Shown piece after piece: positions 1-9,097 of a stretch of 64,000 nt of DNA (within the stretch, counting starts at the first letter, position 1; every line of letters starts with the position of its first letter). This DNA comes from a virus. Taxonomy: Duplodnaviria; Heunggongvirae; Uroviricota; Caudoviricetes. The stretch lies in IMG/VR virus record IMGVR_UViG_2671180890_000004; one strand, written 5' to 3'. The translations under genes were made by a program, and so were the position numbers. The notes below the pieces were generated by a model. That model was not told the origin of the DNA and searched no databases. It was given only the letters and a program-made list of their open reading frames with translations.

Positions 1-573
1 TTACATTTCAGGTTGCGTTATGACAGTCCCAACAGGGTGGTAGCGGTAGATCGTTGACAGTCCAATATCATAGATAATTGCCAGCCGCTTTCTGTCATAC
101 CCTTTCTGGAGCAATCTTGCGATCTGCTCATGCTGCTCCTTCGTCAGTTTCGGGCGACGTCCTCCAACTCTTCCTTGTGCTCGCGCAGCAGCCAGTCCTG
201 CCAGCGTGCGCTCAACTATCAGTTCACGCTCCATTTCTGCCAGTGCACCCATCATATGAAAAAAGAACCTTCCCATCGGAGTGCTGGTATCGATTGAATC
301 CGTCAGACTGCGAAAATTGACACCTTTTGCGCGTAGCTCTTCTGTGAGAGCAATGAGGTGTTTCATTCTTCTACCCAACCGATCCAGCTTCCAGACCACC
401 AATGTATCCCCTCTTTTAAGGCACTTTAAAGCGCGTTTCAGGCCTGGTCGTTCCGACTTGGTTCCGCTCATTTTGTCCTCAAAAATCTGTTCACATCCTG
501 CGCACATTAATGCATTGCGTTGCAAATCTGTGTTTTGGTCATTTGTTGACACACGTATGTAGCCAATCAGCAT
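1..573 (-). CDS. Serine DNA invertase, Gin/Pin/Cin/Hin family
   Basis: 190-aa product starting MLIGYIRVSTNDQNTDLQRNAL, with resolvase catalytic N-terminus and C-terminal HTH; start moved to internal Met with upstream AGGGAG RBS; adjacent to invertible tail-fibre region. Confidence 0.9.
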   Translation of the reverse strand: MLIGYIRVSTNDQNTDLQRNALMCAGCEQIFEDKMSGTKSERPGLKRALKCLKRGDTLVVWKLDRLGRRMKHLIALTEELRAKGVNFRSLTDSIDTSTPMGRFFFHMMGALAEMERELIVERTLAGLAAARAQGRVGGRRPKLTKEQHEQIARLLQKGYDRKRLAIIYDIGLSTIYRYHPVGTVITQPEM

Positions 574-635
574 TAAAAATACTCCCTTTTGAGTGGTTAA
601 AGTACTGAGATAATGTGGGGAGGATTTGAGAGATA

Positions 636-856
636 AACGTTGGTTTGGGGGAAGGCTCTGCACTGCCTGTTGGTGTGCCTGTTCCATGGCCCACCGCCAC
701 ACCGCCAGCAGGCTGGTTAAAGTGCGACGGGCGCGCCTTTACAAAAGAACAATATCCTGTTCTGGCCAGAGTCTACCCGACCCTCCGTCTTCCCGATTTG
801 CGCGGTGAGTTTATCCGTGGATGGGACGACGGGCGCAAAGTTGATACGGGGCGTTC
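636..856 (+). repeat. Crossover-region repeat copy A (about 220 bp), encodes conserved GEGSALPVGVPVPWPTATPPAGWLKCDGRAFTKEQYPVLARVYPTLRLPDLRGEFIRGWDDGRK segment
   Basis: Near-identical DNA recurs at about 1150-1366 (direct) and about 2530-2770 (inverted). Confidence 0.6.
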
Positions 857-1148
857 ATTGCTAAGTGGTCAGGCTGCAACATTTATTCGTACAGCTTTGC
901 AGGATTATTACGGTTACGATCTGAATACTAATGTCAAAGTAGGTATCGCTTTTGCTACTGCTGATTCTGTTATAACCGTTGGAAACCCAGCTAATCCTAA
1001 AGCAGGAAATAATAGCGATTATGTTCCTGCATCAGCAGATAACTCTATAACGGGTATTCAAAGGACAGCGGAGGATAATTTTACCGGGGCATGGATATCA
1101 ATGCGCCCCCGCAATGTTGCGTTTAATTACATCGTAAGGGCCGCATAA
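645..1148 (+). other. Promoterless alternative tail-fibre C-terminal cassette (167 codons, intact frame), silent in current orientation
   Basis: ORF begins inside repeat A and ends NYIVRAA like the other fibre C-termini; opposite strand to the fibre constant region. Confidence 0.6.
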
Positions 1149-1149
1149 A

Positions 1150-1366
1150 AACGTTGGTTTGGGGAAGGCTCTGCATTGCCTGTTGGTGTGCCTGTTCCGT
1201 GGCCCACCGCCACACCGCCAGCAGGCTGGTTACAGTGCAACGGAGCTACGTTCACCAAAGAACAATATCCTGTTCTGGCCAGAGTCTACCCGACCCTCCG
1301 TCTTCCCGATTTACGCGGTGAGTTTATCCGTGGATGGGACGACGGGCGCAAGATTGACGAGGGGCG
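1150..1366 (+). repeat. Crossover-region repeat copy B
   Basis: About 217 bp nearly identical to copy A, with one fewer G in the GGGGG run. Confidence 0.6.
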
Positions 1367-1630
1367 TAAGTTGCTTTCATGCAGAAAGGTACACTGGTCG
1401 GCGGTCATGACGATAACGATTCTTCGCTGGATATCTCGTACATGAGTAACGGAAATAATATTGACTATGGCGGCGATAAGGTGTTTGCGGGGAATTACCG
1501 TAGCGATTATTTGTGGTACGCAATTCTGGGTGGAACAAACAGTCGCGCAAAAGCCGAATTAAACGGAGCATTCTTTAACATAACCCGCCCCCGCAATATC
1601 GCGTTTAACTATATCGTGAGGGCGGCGTGA
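1176..1630 (+). pseudogene. Second alternative tail-fibre C-terminal cassette, split across two frames
   Basis: ORFs 1176-1445 and 1379-1630 overlap in different frames; the first carries the conserved crossover peptide, the second ends NYIVRAA; a one-base indel separates them. Confidence 0.5.
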
Positions 1631-1636
1631 TACCGT

Positions 1637-2251
1637 TCAGCTGGCAAGTGCCAGTGGCGCTTCCGGCCAGCTGATTTCAGGTGCCGTGCTGATATCCAGT
1701 GCGTTCAGCTCGTCGATATAATCCAGCACGGCGTTCAGTTTTGCCGTTTCTTCTGGTGTCAGACTGCGACCAGCACGCAGTTTGAGGTTGATAAGATCGA
1801 CGGACGCCATCGCCTGTTTCACCCGTTGCTGGCGTTGCTGTCTGGCAACCTCCAGTTCTGCGGCTCGCTGCCGTTCAGTATCGGTTACCCACGCCTCACC
1901 GTTCCAGGTATCCCATGGCGTGGCCGGCTGTTTTGTGGTGGTGTCCGCCGGGTAATCACCCGGTTGGGTAATCAGAACGGGGTTACCGTTCTCCGTGCTG
2001 TATACCGTCTCGCCGCGGTGATCAGGCACATGCTCCCACCCGTTCAGCGTGGCAGTCCGGCAAACCACGTAACCCGAAATTGCCTCCGGCGGTGCATCGG
2101 CGCACGAATGTGCCGGAGTACCCACCCCAAGGGCGAGATACTCCACAGAGGATGAGGTGTATTCCCGGGTTTCCTCGTCATAGTGATATACAGTGATCTC
2201 GCCCGCTACAGTGGCGATACCGTTTTCATCCAGAACTGCAGTGTTACTCAT
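1637..2251 (-). CDS. Tail fibre assembly protein (Tfa/U-like chaperone)
   Basis: 204 aa directly downstream of the fibre C-terminus on the minus strand; C-terminal LDYIDELNALDISTAPEISWPEAP region typical of Tfa. Confidence 0.8.
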   Translation of the reverse strand: MSNTAVLDENGIATVAGEITVYHYDEETREYTSSSVEYLALGVGTPAHSCADAPPEAISGYVVCRTATLNGWEHVPDHRGETVYSTENGNPVLITQPGDYPADTTTKQPATPWDTWNGEAWVTDTERQRAAELEVARQQRQQRVKQAMASVDLINLKLRAGRSLTPEETAKLNAVLDYIDELNALDISTAPEISWPEAPLALAS

Positions 2252-2730
2252 TAAACTGCCCTCACAATGTAATTAAGTGCAATGCTACGGGGTCTGACAG
2301 TGATACCCTTCGCATACCCGCTTCTGATAGAGGTCAGAATAGTAGCCTGCATACCATTGTCTGACATTGCCACGACAGGATCGCTGAATGTTGTCCCGTC
2401 CGGCATTTTAAAGCTGCCCTCACGAAGGTCTGTAATGGAATCTTCATTGTTGAATCCCATGCCGACTATCCCGAGGTTCCCGTAGTGTCCTGGTTATAAT
2501 AATCCAGCATTGCTGTTCTTAACAGCGTTGCCCTTGTGCGGACAGCAACTTACGTCCTGTATCAACTTTGCGCCCGTCGTCCCATCCACGGATAAACTCA
2601 CCGCGTAAATCGGGAAGACGGAGGGTCGGGTAGACTCTGGCCAGAACAGGATATTGTTCTTTTGTAAAGCGCGCCCGTCGCACTTTAACCAGCCTGCTGG
2701 CGGTGTGGCGGTGGGCCACGGAACAGGCAC
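2251..2730 (-). pseudogene. Receptor-binding C-terminal part of the tail fibre in the currently expressed orientation, broken across three frames
   Basis: ORF track gives three overlapping minus-strand ORFs (2494-2730, 2519-2719, 2251-2460); relative to copy A the repeat here carries two single-base deletions. Confidence 0.55.
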
Positions 2731-2770
2731 ACCAACGGTAGCGCCGAGCCTTCTCCTAAACCAAGGTAAT
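2530..2770 (-). repeat. Crossover-region repeat copy C (inverted relative to A and B)
   Basis: Reverse complement matches copies A and B apart from two single-base deletions and a few substitutions. Confidence 0.6.
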
Positions 2771-4184
2771 TGAGGACATCTTTTATACTGCCCTTAGCGA
2801 TAATAGCGCGACCAATAGCTGTAAGGGTTGCCAGCGCTGCGCGGTCTGCTCCGGTAAAATAAGGCAACCGATCTGCTGCAGTGGCAAGTCCTGCCAGAGC
2901 AGTGAGCGTGGCATCTGCCGGTTGTTTTCCGTTTGCCAGATCGTATGCAGCCTTGACCGCTTTCGGTGTGGCGGCCAGTATTTCAGACGTGCTGTTGATG
3001 GCACTGCTCAATTGTATGGTGCCTTTTGCCGTCAGCGAGGCAGCAGGCACTCCCGTTATCTGACTCCACGGGTGAGTGTGGCTGACGGGCGCCTTGCCGG
3101 CTGCAAGGTCGTATGCAGCCTTGACCGCCTTCGGCGTGGCAGCCTCAGTTTCTGATTGACTGTCCGTGGCGCTGCTCAGTTGTACGGTGCCTTTTGCCGT
3201 CAGCGAGGCAGCAGGCACTCCCGTTATCTGACTCCACGGGTGAGTGTGGCTGACGGGGGCCTTGCCGGCAGCCAGGTCATATGCAGCCTTGACGGCCTTT
3301 GGTGTGGCGGCCAGCGTTTCAGAGGTGCTGTTGGTGGCACTGCTCAGTTGTACGATCCCTTTACGGGTCGTTGTTGCATCCTGGGCTGTGTATTTTCCCC
3401 GGGCCAGATCATACGCGATTTTCACAGCCTTCGGCGTGGCAGCCTCAGTTTCTGATTGACTGTCCGTGGCGCTGCTCAGTTGTACGGTGCCTTTTGCCGT
3501 CAGCGAGGCAGCAGGCACTCCCGTTATCTGACTCCACGGGTGAGTGTGGCTGACGGGGGCCTTGCCGGCAGCCAGGTCATATGCAGCCTTGACGGCCTTT
3601 GGTGTGGCGGCCAGCGTTTCAGAGGTGCTGTTGGTGGCACTGCTCAGTTGTACGATCCCTTTACGGGTCGTTGTTGCATCCTGGGCTGTGTATTTTCCCC
3701 GGGCCAGATCATACGCGATTTTCACAGCCTTCGGCGTGGCAGCCTCAGTTTCTGATTGACTGTCCGTGGCACTGCTCAGCTGTACGGTGCCTTTTGCCGT
3801 CAGCGAGGCAGCAGGCACTCCCGTTATCTGACTCCACGGGTGAGTGTGACTGACGGGTGCCTTGCCGGCTGCAAGGTCGTATGCAGCCTTGACGGCTTTT
3901 GGTGTGGCGGCCAGCGTTTCAGAGGTGCTGTTGGTGGCACTGCTCAGTTGGGTGAACCCCTTAGCTGTCAGTGTCGCGTCCGGGTGGTTACGGGAACGTA
4001 CGTGTTCAGCCAGTGACTGTGCGGCTTCCTCCGTTTTTTTCTTCAGCCATTTCGTCCTGTTTGCCAGTTGCCGGGGGGCTCGATTTGATATCCCGTCAGC
4101 ACCACCCAGAACCGGATCTGATGTCTCCAGTTGATAGATTTTTTCTTCCCACTTTTCTGTTTCATTCAGGTTTCCCATAATCAA
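2685..4184 (-). CDS. Tail fibre protein, constant N-terminal part with tandem fibre repeats; frame ends inside crossover repeat C
   Basis: 499 aa with reiterated SSATxSxSET-AATPKAVK-AYDLA-GK units; translation ends 8 codons after GEGSALP because of a frameshift. Confidence 0.8.
   Translation of the reverse strand: MIMGNLNETEKWEEKIYQLETSDPVLGGADGISNRAPRQLANRTKWLKKKTEEAAQSLAEHVRSRNHPDATLTAKGFTQLSSATNSTSETLAATPKAVKAAYDLAAGKAPVSHTHPWSQITGVPAASLTAKGTVQLSSATDSQSETEAATPKAVKIAYDLARGKYTAQDATTTRKGIVQLSSATNSTSETLAATPKAVKAAYDLAAGKAPVSHTHPWSQITGVPAASLTAKGTVQLSSATDSQSETEAATPKAVKIAYDLARGKYTAQDATTTRKGIVQLSSATNSTSETLAATPKAVKAAYDLAAGKAPVSHTHPWSQITGVPAASLTAKGTVQLSSATDSQSETEAATPKAVKAAYDLAAGKAPVSHTHPWSQITGVPAASLTAKGTIQLSSAINSTSEILAATPKAVKAAYDLANGKQPADATLTALAGLATAADRLPYFTGADRAALATLTAIGRAIIAKGSIKDVLNYLGLGEGSALPLVCLFRGPPPHRQQAG
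2900..3960 (-). repeat. Tandem 300-bp coding repeats in tail fibre gene
   Basis: Antisense ORFs 3156-3455 and 3456-3755 have identical 99-aa translations, so the units are perfect copies; diverged copies flank them. Confidence 0.8.
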
Positions 4185-4771
4185 CTGCTCCCGTGGTTAT
4201 AACTGCCATCATGGATGGCGGTATTGTTATAGCGAATGGCCACAGACTGATACTCCAGGCTGGCCAGATGGCAGCGGGCCGGTGCAAATGCAGCGAGCGT
4301 CTGACGCAGCATCGCGGCCTGATCGTTAGTAATGGGCTGTTTCAGAATAACGCGATAAACCGCCCAGGCGGCTGCATCTCCATGAACAAACAGTCCGTTA
4401 TAGCTGCGATTGCCGTCGTAACTGAGACGACCTGTGCCTTCAATCAGATCCACTTCACCAAAGCCAAAACGGCGGATAACTTCCCGGATTGACCACGGCG
4501 TCCCTTTATACCGGTGTAGTTCGATGGCTGCTTTTATAAGCATGCGGCGAACATCGTCCGATTCCGCCAGCTCCCAGCCATCGCCAGACAGTGAGAACTG
4601 CTCGCCCAGCCATGGCAGCGCAGAACTGTCGACGATATCGACGAGAAAGACCATCAGTACGCTCAGGTCGATGTTATCCAGCCGCCCTGCCAGTCTTCCC
4701 AGCGTCCTGAGACTGATATCACCCTCAAGCGGTGGCGGGAGTTGTAATGGCTCAGTCATCAGACACTCCAC
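4181..4771 (-). CDS. Tail/baseplate protein (P2 gpI-like)
   Basis: 196 aa between baseplate J-like gene and tail fibre gene; size and position match gpI-type proteins. Confidence 0.6.
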   Translation of the reverse strand: MECLMTEPLQLPPPLEGDISLRTLGRLAGRLDNIDLSVLMVFLVDIVDSSALPWLGEQFSLSGDGWELAESDDVRRMLIKAAIELHRYKGTPWSIREVIRRFGFGEVDLIEGTGRLSYDGNRSYNGLFVHGDAAAWAVYRVILKQPITNDQAAMLRQTLAAFAPARCHLASLEYQSVAIRYNNTAIHDGSYNHGSS

Positions 4772-5855
4772 TCATGTTAAGTGTGATCGCCGTACAGTTT
4801 GCCCATTCGTTTTCTGCCACCACCCTCAGTGCCGGTGTCACCAGTTCAACCTGGTACACCCCGGAAACGGACAATGCACTGATAATCTGGCTGGGGACAA
4901 TATCACGCCCCAGCGTGGCGGCACGTGATGCCACCCAGTTCTGTATGGCGCTGTTAGCGGCATCTTTTACAGACCTGGCATCCTGATCACGATAGATCGT
5001 AATCCTGGCTTCAATGGTGTAATCCACCTTCACTGGTGTTTTAGCCCGCACTGTATCAGTGAGTGGCCTGACTTTCTCATCAGAGCAGAAACTCTCTACC
5101 AGCGTGAGAACACCGCCGTCCGGCAGACCGGTACTGAGCAGCGGATACAGATCTACGGTCCCGGGAACCGGGGAAAGCACAGCAACATCGACAATGTTGG
5201 GATGGGCCTGCATGGCATGAAAGCGGTATGCGCCACGGCTTCCGGCATTGGTGAATGACTCCGGGGCCAGCCTGATACGCTCCCGGAGCCTGTCATCGTC
5301 TTCCTGTTCTGAACCGCCGGAACTGGCCGTCAGATTGCTCACCAGCAGGTCGACGTTATCAATCTCATCGAGTAACTGACTGACCTGCGCAGGTTGCCAG
5401 CCGTTACCAGCGGTACCGGGTTCGGTACAGGTGGACGTGACATTGACCAGCAGCAATCCGGCCTTCAGTACCACATCTGTATCGGTGGCAAAAATAACGC
5501 TGTCGGAAGCGCTGACGCGGGTGCCTGCCGGGATCAGCACATCAATGGTCAGTGCCTCATCCACAGAGAACTGAAGTGTGGTGGTGGCAGGCTGCGCGGC
5601 AAGGCGGTATACACCAACCAGTTCTCCGAGGTAATCAATCATCGGCTCTCGTGAAAAGGCGACCAGATTCTGCTTTGCTGCCTCCTGTACCGCAACCCTG
5701 ACCAGCATTTCGCGATAGGCCCACAGATCAATCAGCAGACGTTCTGCCTGTGCCGGGTACAGCGTTTTGCCGGTATCCGCTTCATACTTCGCAATCATTT
5801 CTGCCGTGATTTTGTCGGCATCGCGTTCAATAAAATCGGGTTCTGTCAGCGCCAT
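4752..5855 (-). CDS. Baseplate protein J-like
   Basis: 367 aa, position after gpW-like gene, conserved baseplate gene order. Confidence 0.8.
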   Translation of the reverse strand: MALTEPDFIERDADKITAEMIAKYEADTGKTLYPAQAERLLIDLWAYREMLVRVAVQEAAKQNLVAFSREPMIDYLGELVGVYRLAAQPATTTLQFSVDEALTIDVLIPAGTRVSASDSVIFATDTDVVLKAGLLLVNVTSTCTEPGTAGNGWQPAQVSQLLDEIDNVDLLVSNLTASSGGSEQEDDDRLRERIRLAPESFTNAGSRGAYRFHAMQAHPNIVDVAVLSPVPGTVDLYPLLSTGLPDGGVLTLVESFCSDEKVRPLTDTVRAKTPVKVDYTIEARITIYRDQDARSVKDAANSAIQNWVASRAATLGRDIVPSQIISALSVSGVYQVELVTPALRVVAENEWANCTAITLNMSGVSDD

Positions 5856-6193
5856 AGCAACTCCTGAGTCCGGGTCTGTCCGTCTGAGCCTTTCCAGCTC
5901 ACCCGGAGCGTAAGATGTTCGCCGTCGACGGCGGGTTTAACTGACATAAGCTGGCAGCGGGGCTCCCAGCGTCGGATGGCATCGACGGATTCGCGCACCA
6001 CATGCGGAATGGCCCGGTCTACAGGCCAGTCGATATAAAGATGCAGATTGCTGCCGAACTCCGGGCGATGCGGGTCGCTGCCGCGGGGAGTCCGCAGGAT
6101 AATTTGAATCGCCTGCCGGATATCATCCAGCCCCCGGACAATTTCGCCGGGAGCCTGCAGGGTCGGTTGCCAGAATACTGAGGTTGTTTTCAT
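5846..6193 (-). CDS. Baseplate wedge protein (gpW/gp25-like)
   Basis: 115 aa, size and order between V-like and J-like genes. Confidence 0.75.
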   Translation of the reverse strand: MKTTSVFWQPTLQAPGEIVRGLDDIRQAIQIILRTPRGSDPHRPEFGSNLHLYIDWPVDRAIPHVVRESVDAIRRWEPRCQLMSVKPAVDGEHLTLRVSWKGSDGQTRTQELLWR

Positions 6194-6247
6194 GGGGGCA
6201 GTATTGCCCCCGTGCGGGAACGCTGATATTAAAGGCGTTTAAAAAGC

Positions 6248-6844
6248 TCAGTGGGAGTGGTGGCTGGAGTTTTCGCCATCAGACAACATACTGCCCGTGG
6301 CATGGGCATTCCCTTTAATCTCGATATTGCCATGGATGGTCGCGGTAACACCTTCACCACCAGAACCCGCCATGCCTCCTTCGTAAATCAGCTTACCCCT
6401 GACACGCAGATCTCCGGTAAGTTCGGTTTCCGGTGCGTCAATCGTGGCTTTCTGTGTTTTCAATACCACATCAGCACCACACTCAATGACAATATGCTCA
6501 ATGCCGCCCCGGATGATCAGAGTGTGCGTCTTCCGGTTGTAGCTGTACTCTGCACCATCAGCAAACCGGGTTCCCCGGATATTTTTGTCACTGAACGGTG
6601 GTTTATCGACGTCTGAATACACCGCGCCCAGAATAACACCATCCTCGCCGTTGGCATCGAGCAGCACCTCAACCTGCTCCCCCACGTCAGGGAGCCAGTA
6701 ATCTTTGTTATCCTGGGTATTGCGCTGCAGCACGTTAAGCCAGTTTGTGCGCAGGTTATCGCATTCAGGCAGACGAACGCGGGCCTGAACCCTGTCGGCA
6801 TCAACGGCACTGACCGTACCGACCTGACGAGTGACACCAGTCAT
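6248..6844 (-). CDS. Baseplate spike/assembly protein V-like
   Basis: 198 aa, Gly-rich C-terminus, position in baseplate cluster. Confidence 0.7.
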   Translation of the reverse strand: MTGVTRQVGTVSAVDADRVQARVRLPECDNLRTNWLNVLQRNTQDNKDYWLPDVGEQVEVLLDANGEDGVILGAVYSDVDKPPFSDKNIRGTRFADGAEYSYNRKTHTLIIRGGIEHIVIECGADVVLKTQKATIDAPETELTGDLRVRGKLIYEGGMAGSGGEGVTATIHGNIEIKGNAHATGSMLSDGENSSHHSH

Positions 6845-8013
6845 TTTTTCTTCTCTCTTATTACTGTGGACGTGCTGCCGTCCGGTTTATAGATGGTCAG
6901 CATCCGGGTTTTGCCGATTTTTTTACCTTTCTTCGCCTTGCCCTGTGTGATCGGCCCCCGTGCCACTTCCAGCTCTGTGGTGTAGCCGCTGTTACGGTCA
7001 AACGCATGGCGGGCAGTGGTTATGAGCCATGGCCCGGATAACTGCCCAAAACCCACCAGTTCAATTTTGTTGCCTGCTGTCAGTTGAGGTGTTCCCGTCA
7101 GCGTCAGGGAGCCGTTCTGCTGGTATTCGTTATGTCTGGCCAGTGCTGAATCCGCTTTAATCCGGGCACTGTCCGGGTCGCTGACGCGGCTGTTAACTTT
7201 AAGTGAGTCAGCGCTGGTAACCTTACCACCTTTGAGCTTTTTGTCGCTTTCACGGGTACCACCATCAGCTTCGTAGACGATCAGTTTTTTACTGCTGCTT
7301 TTCTGGTGTTTTACCTTTGCAGATTTATAGACCCGGTTGATGGTGTCACGCAGGGAAAAGCGGGCCACATCCTGCGGTTTTAACTGCCTGACCGGCTCCT
7401 GACTGCGCAGTGTGGCCAGATGAGAAAAAATCAGCTGGTCACTGACCACTTTCACTGCATAACCATACTCGCTGGCCAGCCGGCGCAGAAAACCCACGTC
7501 GGTTTCAGCATACTGGGTCACCCGGTCGATTCTGATGGACTCAATGCTGCCCACCAGTTTCAGCCGGTGCTTTCTGGCAATCCGCCCCGCAACAGCTGCC
7601 AGCGTGGTGTTCTCAAAACCACGACTGGTTTTAGTCCGCAGGGCACTGTTAACCGAGGTGGCCACCCCACGGATAGAAACAACGGAAGCGGGCGAACTCA
7701 CTTCGATCTCGTCTATAGAGAACGTACCGCAGGACAGCAGCTTCTCGTCCTGATAGCCCATTTTCAGCGTCAGCGTGTCACCCTTGCCCGGATACCACTT
7801 ATCCAGCCAGCGGCCATCGGTGTCGTCCAGCTCCACCTCAATGGTATCGGACTCATTTTTGATGTTATCGCTCCAGGTCACACGGGTGACATAAGGCGCG
7901 ATATCAGAGGTGATGTTTTTCTGCAGATACCACAGAGTGAACACCGGTGTCAGCACATCGCTGACGCCGGTTAACGCTGATGTGACTTGCGCAGTGCTGT
8001 TTATCTCAGCCAT
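6841..8013 (-). CDS. Tail protein D (late control D family)
   Basis: 390 aa, size and position downstream of X/U-like genes. Confidence 0.7.
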   Translation of the reverse strand: MAEINSTAQVTSALTGVSDVLTPVFTLWYLQKNITSDIAPYVTRVTWSDNIKNESDTIEVELDDTDGRWLDKWYPGKGDTLTLKMGYQDEKLLSCGTFSIDEIEVSSPASVVSIRGVATSVNSALRTKTSRGFENTTLAAVAGRIARKHRLKLVGSIESIRIDRVTQYAETDVGFLRRLASEYGYAVKVVSDQLIFSHLATLRSQEPVRQLKPQDVARFSLRDTINRVYKSAKVKHQKSSSKKLIVYEADGGTRESDKKLKGGKVTSADSLKVNSRVSDPDSARIKADSALARHNEYQQNGSLTLTGTPQLTAGNKIELVGFGQLSGPWLITTARHAFDRNSGYTTELEVARGPITQGKAKKGKKIGKTRMLTIYKPDGSTSTVIREKKK

Positions 8014-8216
8014 GGGGCAATATCCTCTTCTGTACGGGCTTCTTCAGCCTCAATCACCGGGATCAGTAACAACAGCCCGGAGGGCAGCACCGGCGTGATG
8101 GCCACGTGCGGATTGGCGGCAATAATCCGGGGATAGCCCAGCGGGTCACCGTAGTACTGCCATGCCAGCGAATCCCAGCGCTCTCCGTCACGGGTAACAT
8201 GTTCAAGAAACATCAC
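8001..8216 (-). CDS. Tail protein X-like
   Basis: 71 aa small protein between U-like and D-like genes. Confidence 0.55.
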   Translation of the reverse strand: MMFLEHVTRDGERWDSLAWQYYGDPLGYPRIIAANPHVAITPVLPSGLLLLIPVIEAEEARTEEDIAPWLR

Positions 8217-9097
8217 ACACTCCTCGTCAGTATTCTGGCGGCCATTGCACTTAATCCCGGAGACATGCGGTTGAATGCTGTTCCGACGGCGTTAAGCTGC
8301 CCGGAAACGGTATCCAGAGCACCTGCAATATTTCTTTTGTCCACACCACTCAGCGCAGACTGTGCCTGCTGTACATACGTGGCTGCTTCGCTGGCTGTTC
8401 TGGCCAGACTGATGGCATCGGGCATGGATTCAGAGAGTGCGTTAAACGCCGGAACACTTTTCCCCAGAGCCCCGGAGATATTACCCAGTCCGCTCATCAG
8501 CCCCGGCACACGGGTCAGTGCGACAACGGGGTTATCCTTCATTTTCTGTGTCACCCGAACGGCGCTGATAGTGGTCTGGAGTACAGACTGCGCCTGTTTC
8601 GCATAGTTGACGCCGTTGCGGATGAACTGCGCCACCCCGGAAGGTGAAGGAATGGCACCGGAGACCGCCCCGACACCCGGGAGCTTCGTGCGTATTGCCG
8701 GTGGTTGCAGAGGATTTTTCGGGTCACCGGTGTATTCCCGGAGAGACACGGTGGCACTGACAGCCAGCACGTTGCCGGTACTGTCAGTCTGCTCGCTGGT
8801 TGCAGTCACATCGGTAATCACGAACCAGCCGCGATAGTCACCGTTGCCGAAGACCAGCGCCAGTGCCTGATGGGCTTTCATGGCTGTTCGCAGTCTCGCC
8901 AGCTCCACATCGGGTACACAATAATGCTGATGGAAAACCAGAGTTATCTGGATTTCGTCCAGCCTGTCGCCGACGAACTGCAGGCCAGGCTTACCCCCGA
9001 TGCGGGCATGCTCCGCATAATCGACGCCGAACGTGGCCTCGAAGCCGTCCCAGTAGGTAATCAGCTCAAACTCAATATCACCCAGTACGGCAAACAT
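8213..9097 (-). CDS. Tail protein (gpU-like N-terminal region with C-terminal extension)
   Basis: 294 aa immediately downstream of tape measure gene, overlapping stop/start. Confidence 0.5.
   Translation of the reverse strand: MFAVLGDIEFELITYWDGFEATFGVDYAEHARIGGKPGLQFVGDRLDEIQITLVFHQHYCVPDVELARLRTAMKAHQALALVFGNGDYRGWFVITDVTATSEQTDSTGNVLAVSATVSLREYTGDPKNPLQPPAIRTKLPGVGAVSGAIPSPSGVAQFIRNGVNYAKQAQSVLQTTISAVRVTQKMKDNPVVALTRVPGLMSGLGNISGALGKSVPAFNALSESMPDAISLARTASEAATYVQQAQSALSGVDKRNIAGALDTVSGQLNAVGTAFNRMSPGLSAMAARILTRSV

Noticed and set aside
1-702. Full 233-aa invertase ORF from track
   Set aside because: First 43 codons lack similarity to invertase N-termini; a conserved N-terminus and RBS begin at the internal Met (573)
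2881-4180. Series of plus-strand ORFs (60-99 aa) with identical translations
   Set aside because: Antisense to tail fibre gene; identity reflects the 300-bp tandem repeats, not separate genes and not a CRISPR array (units are long and coding)
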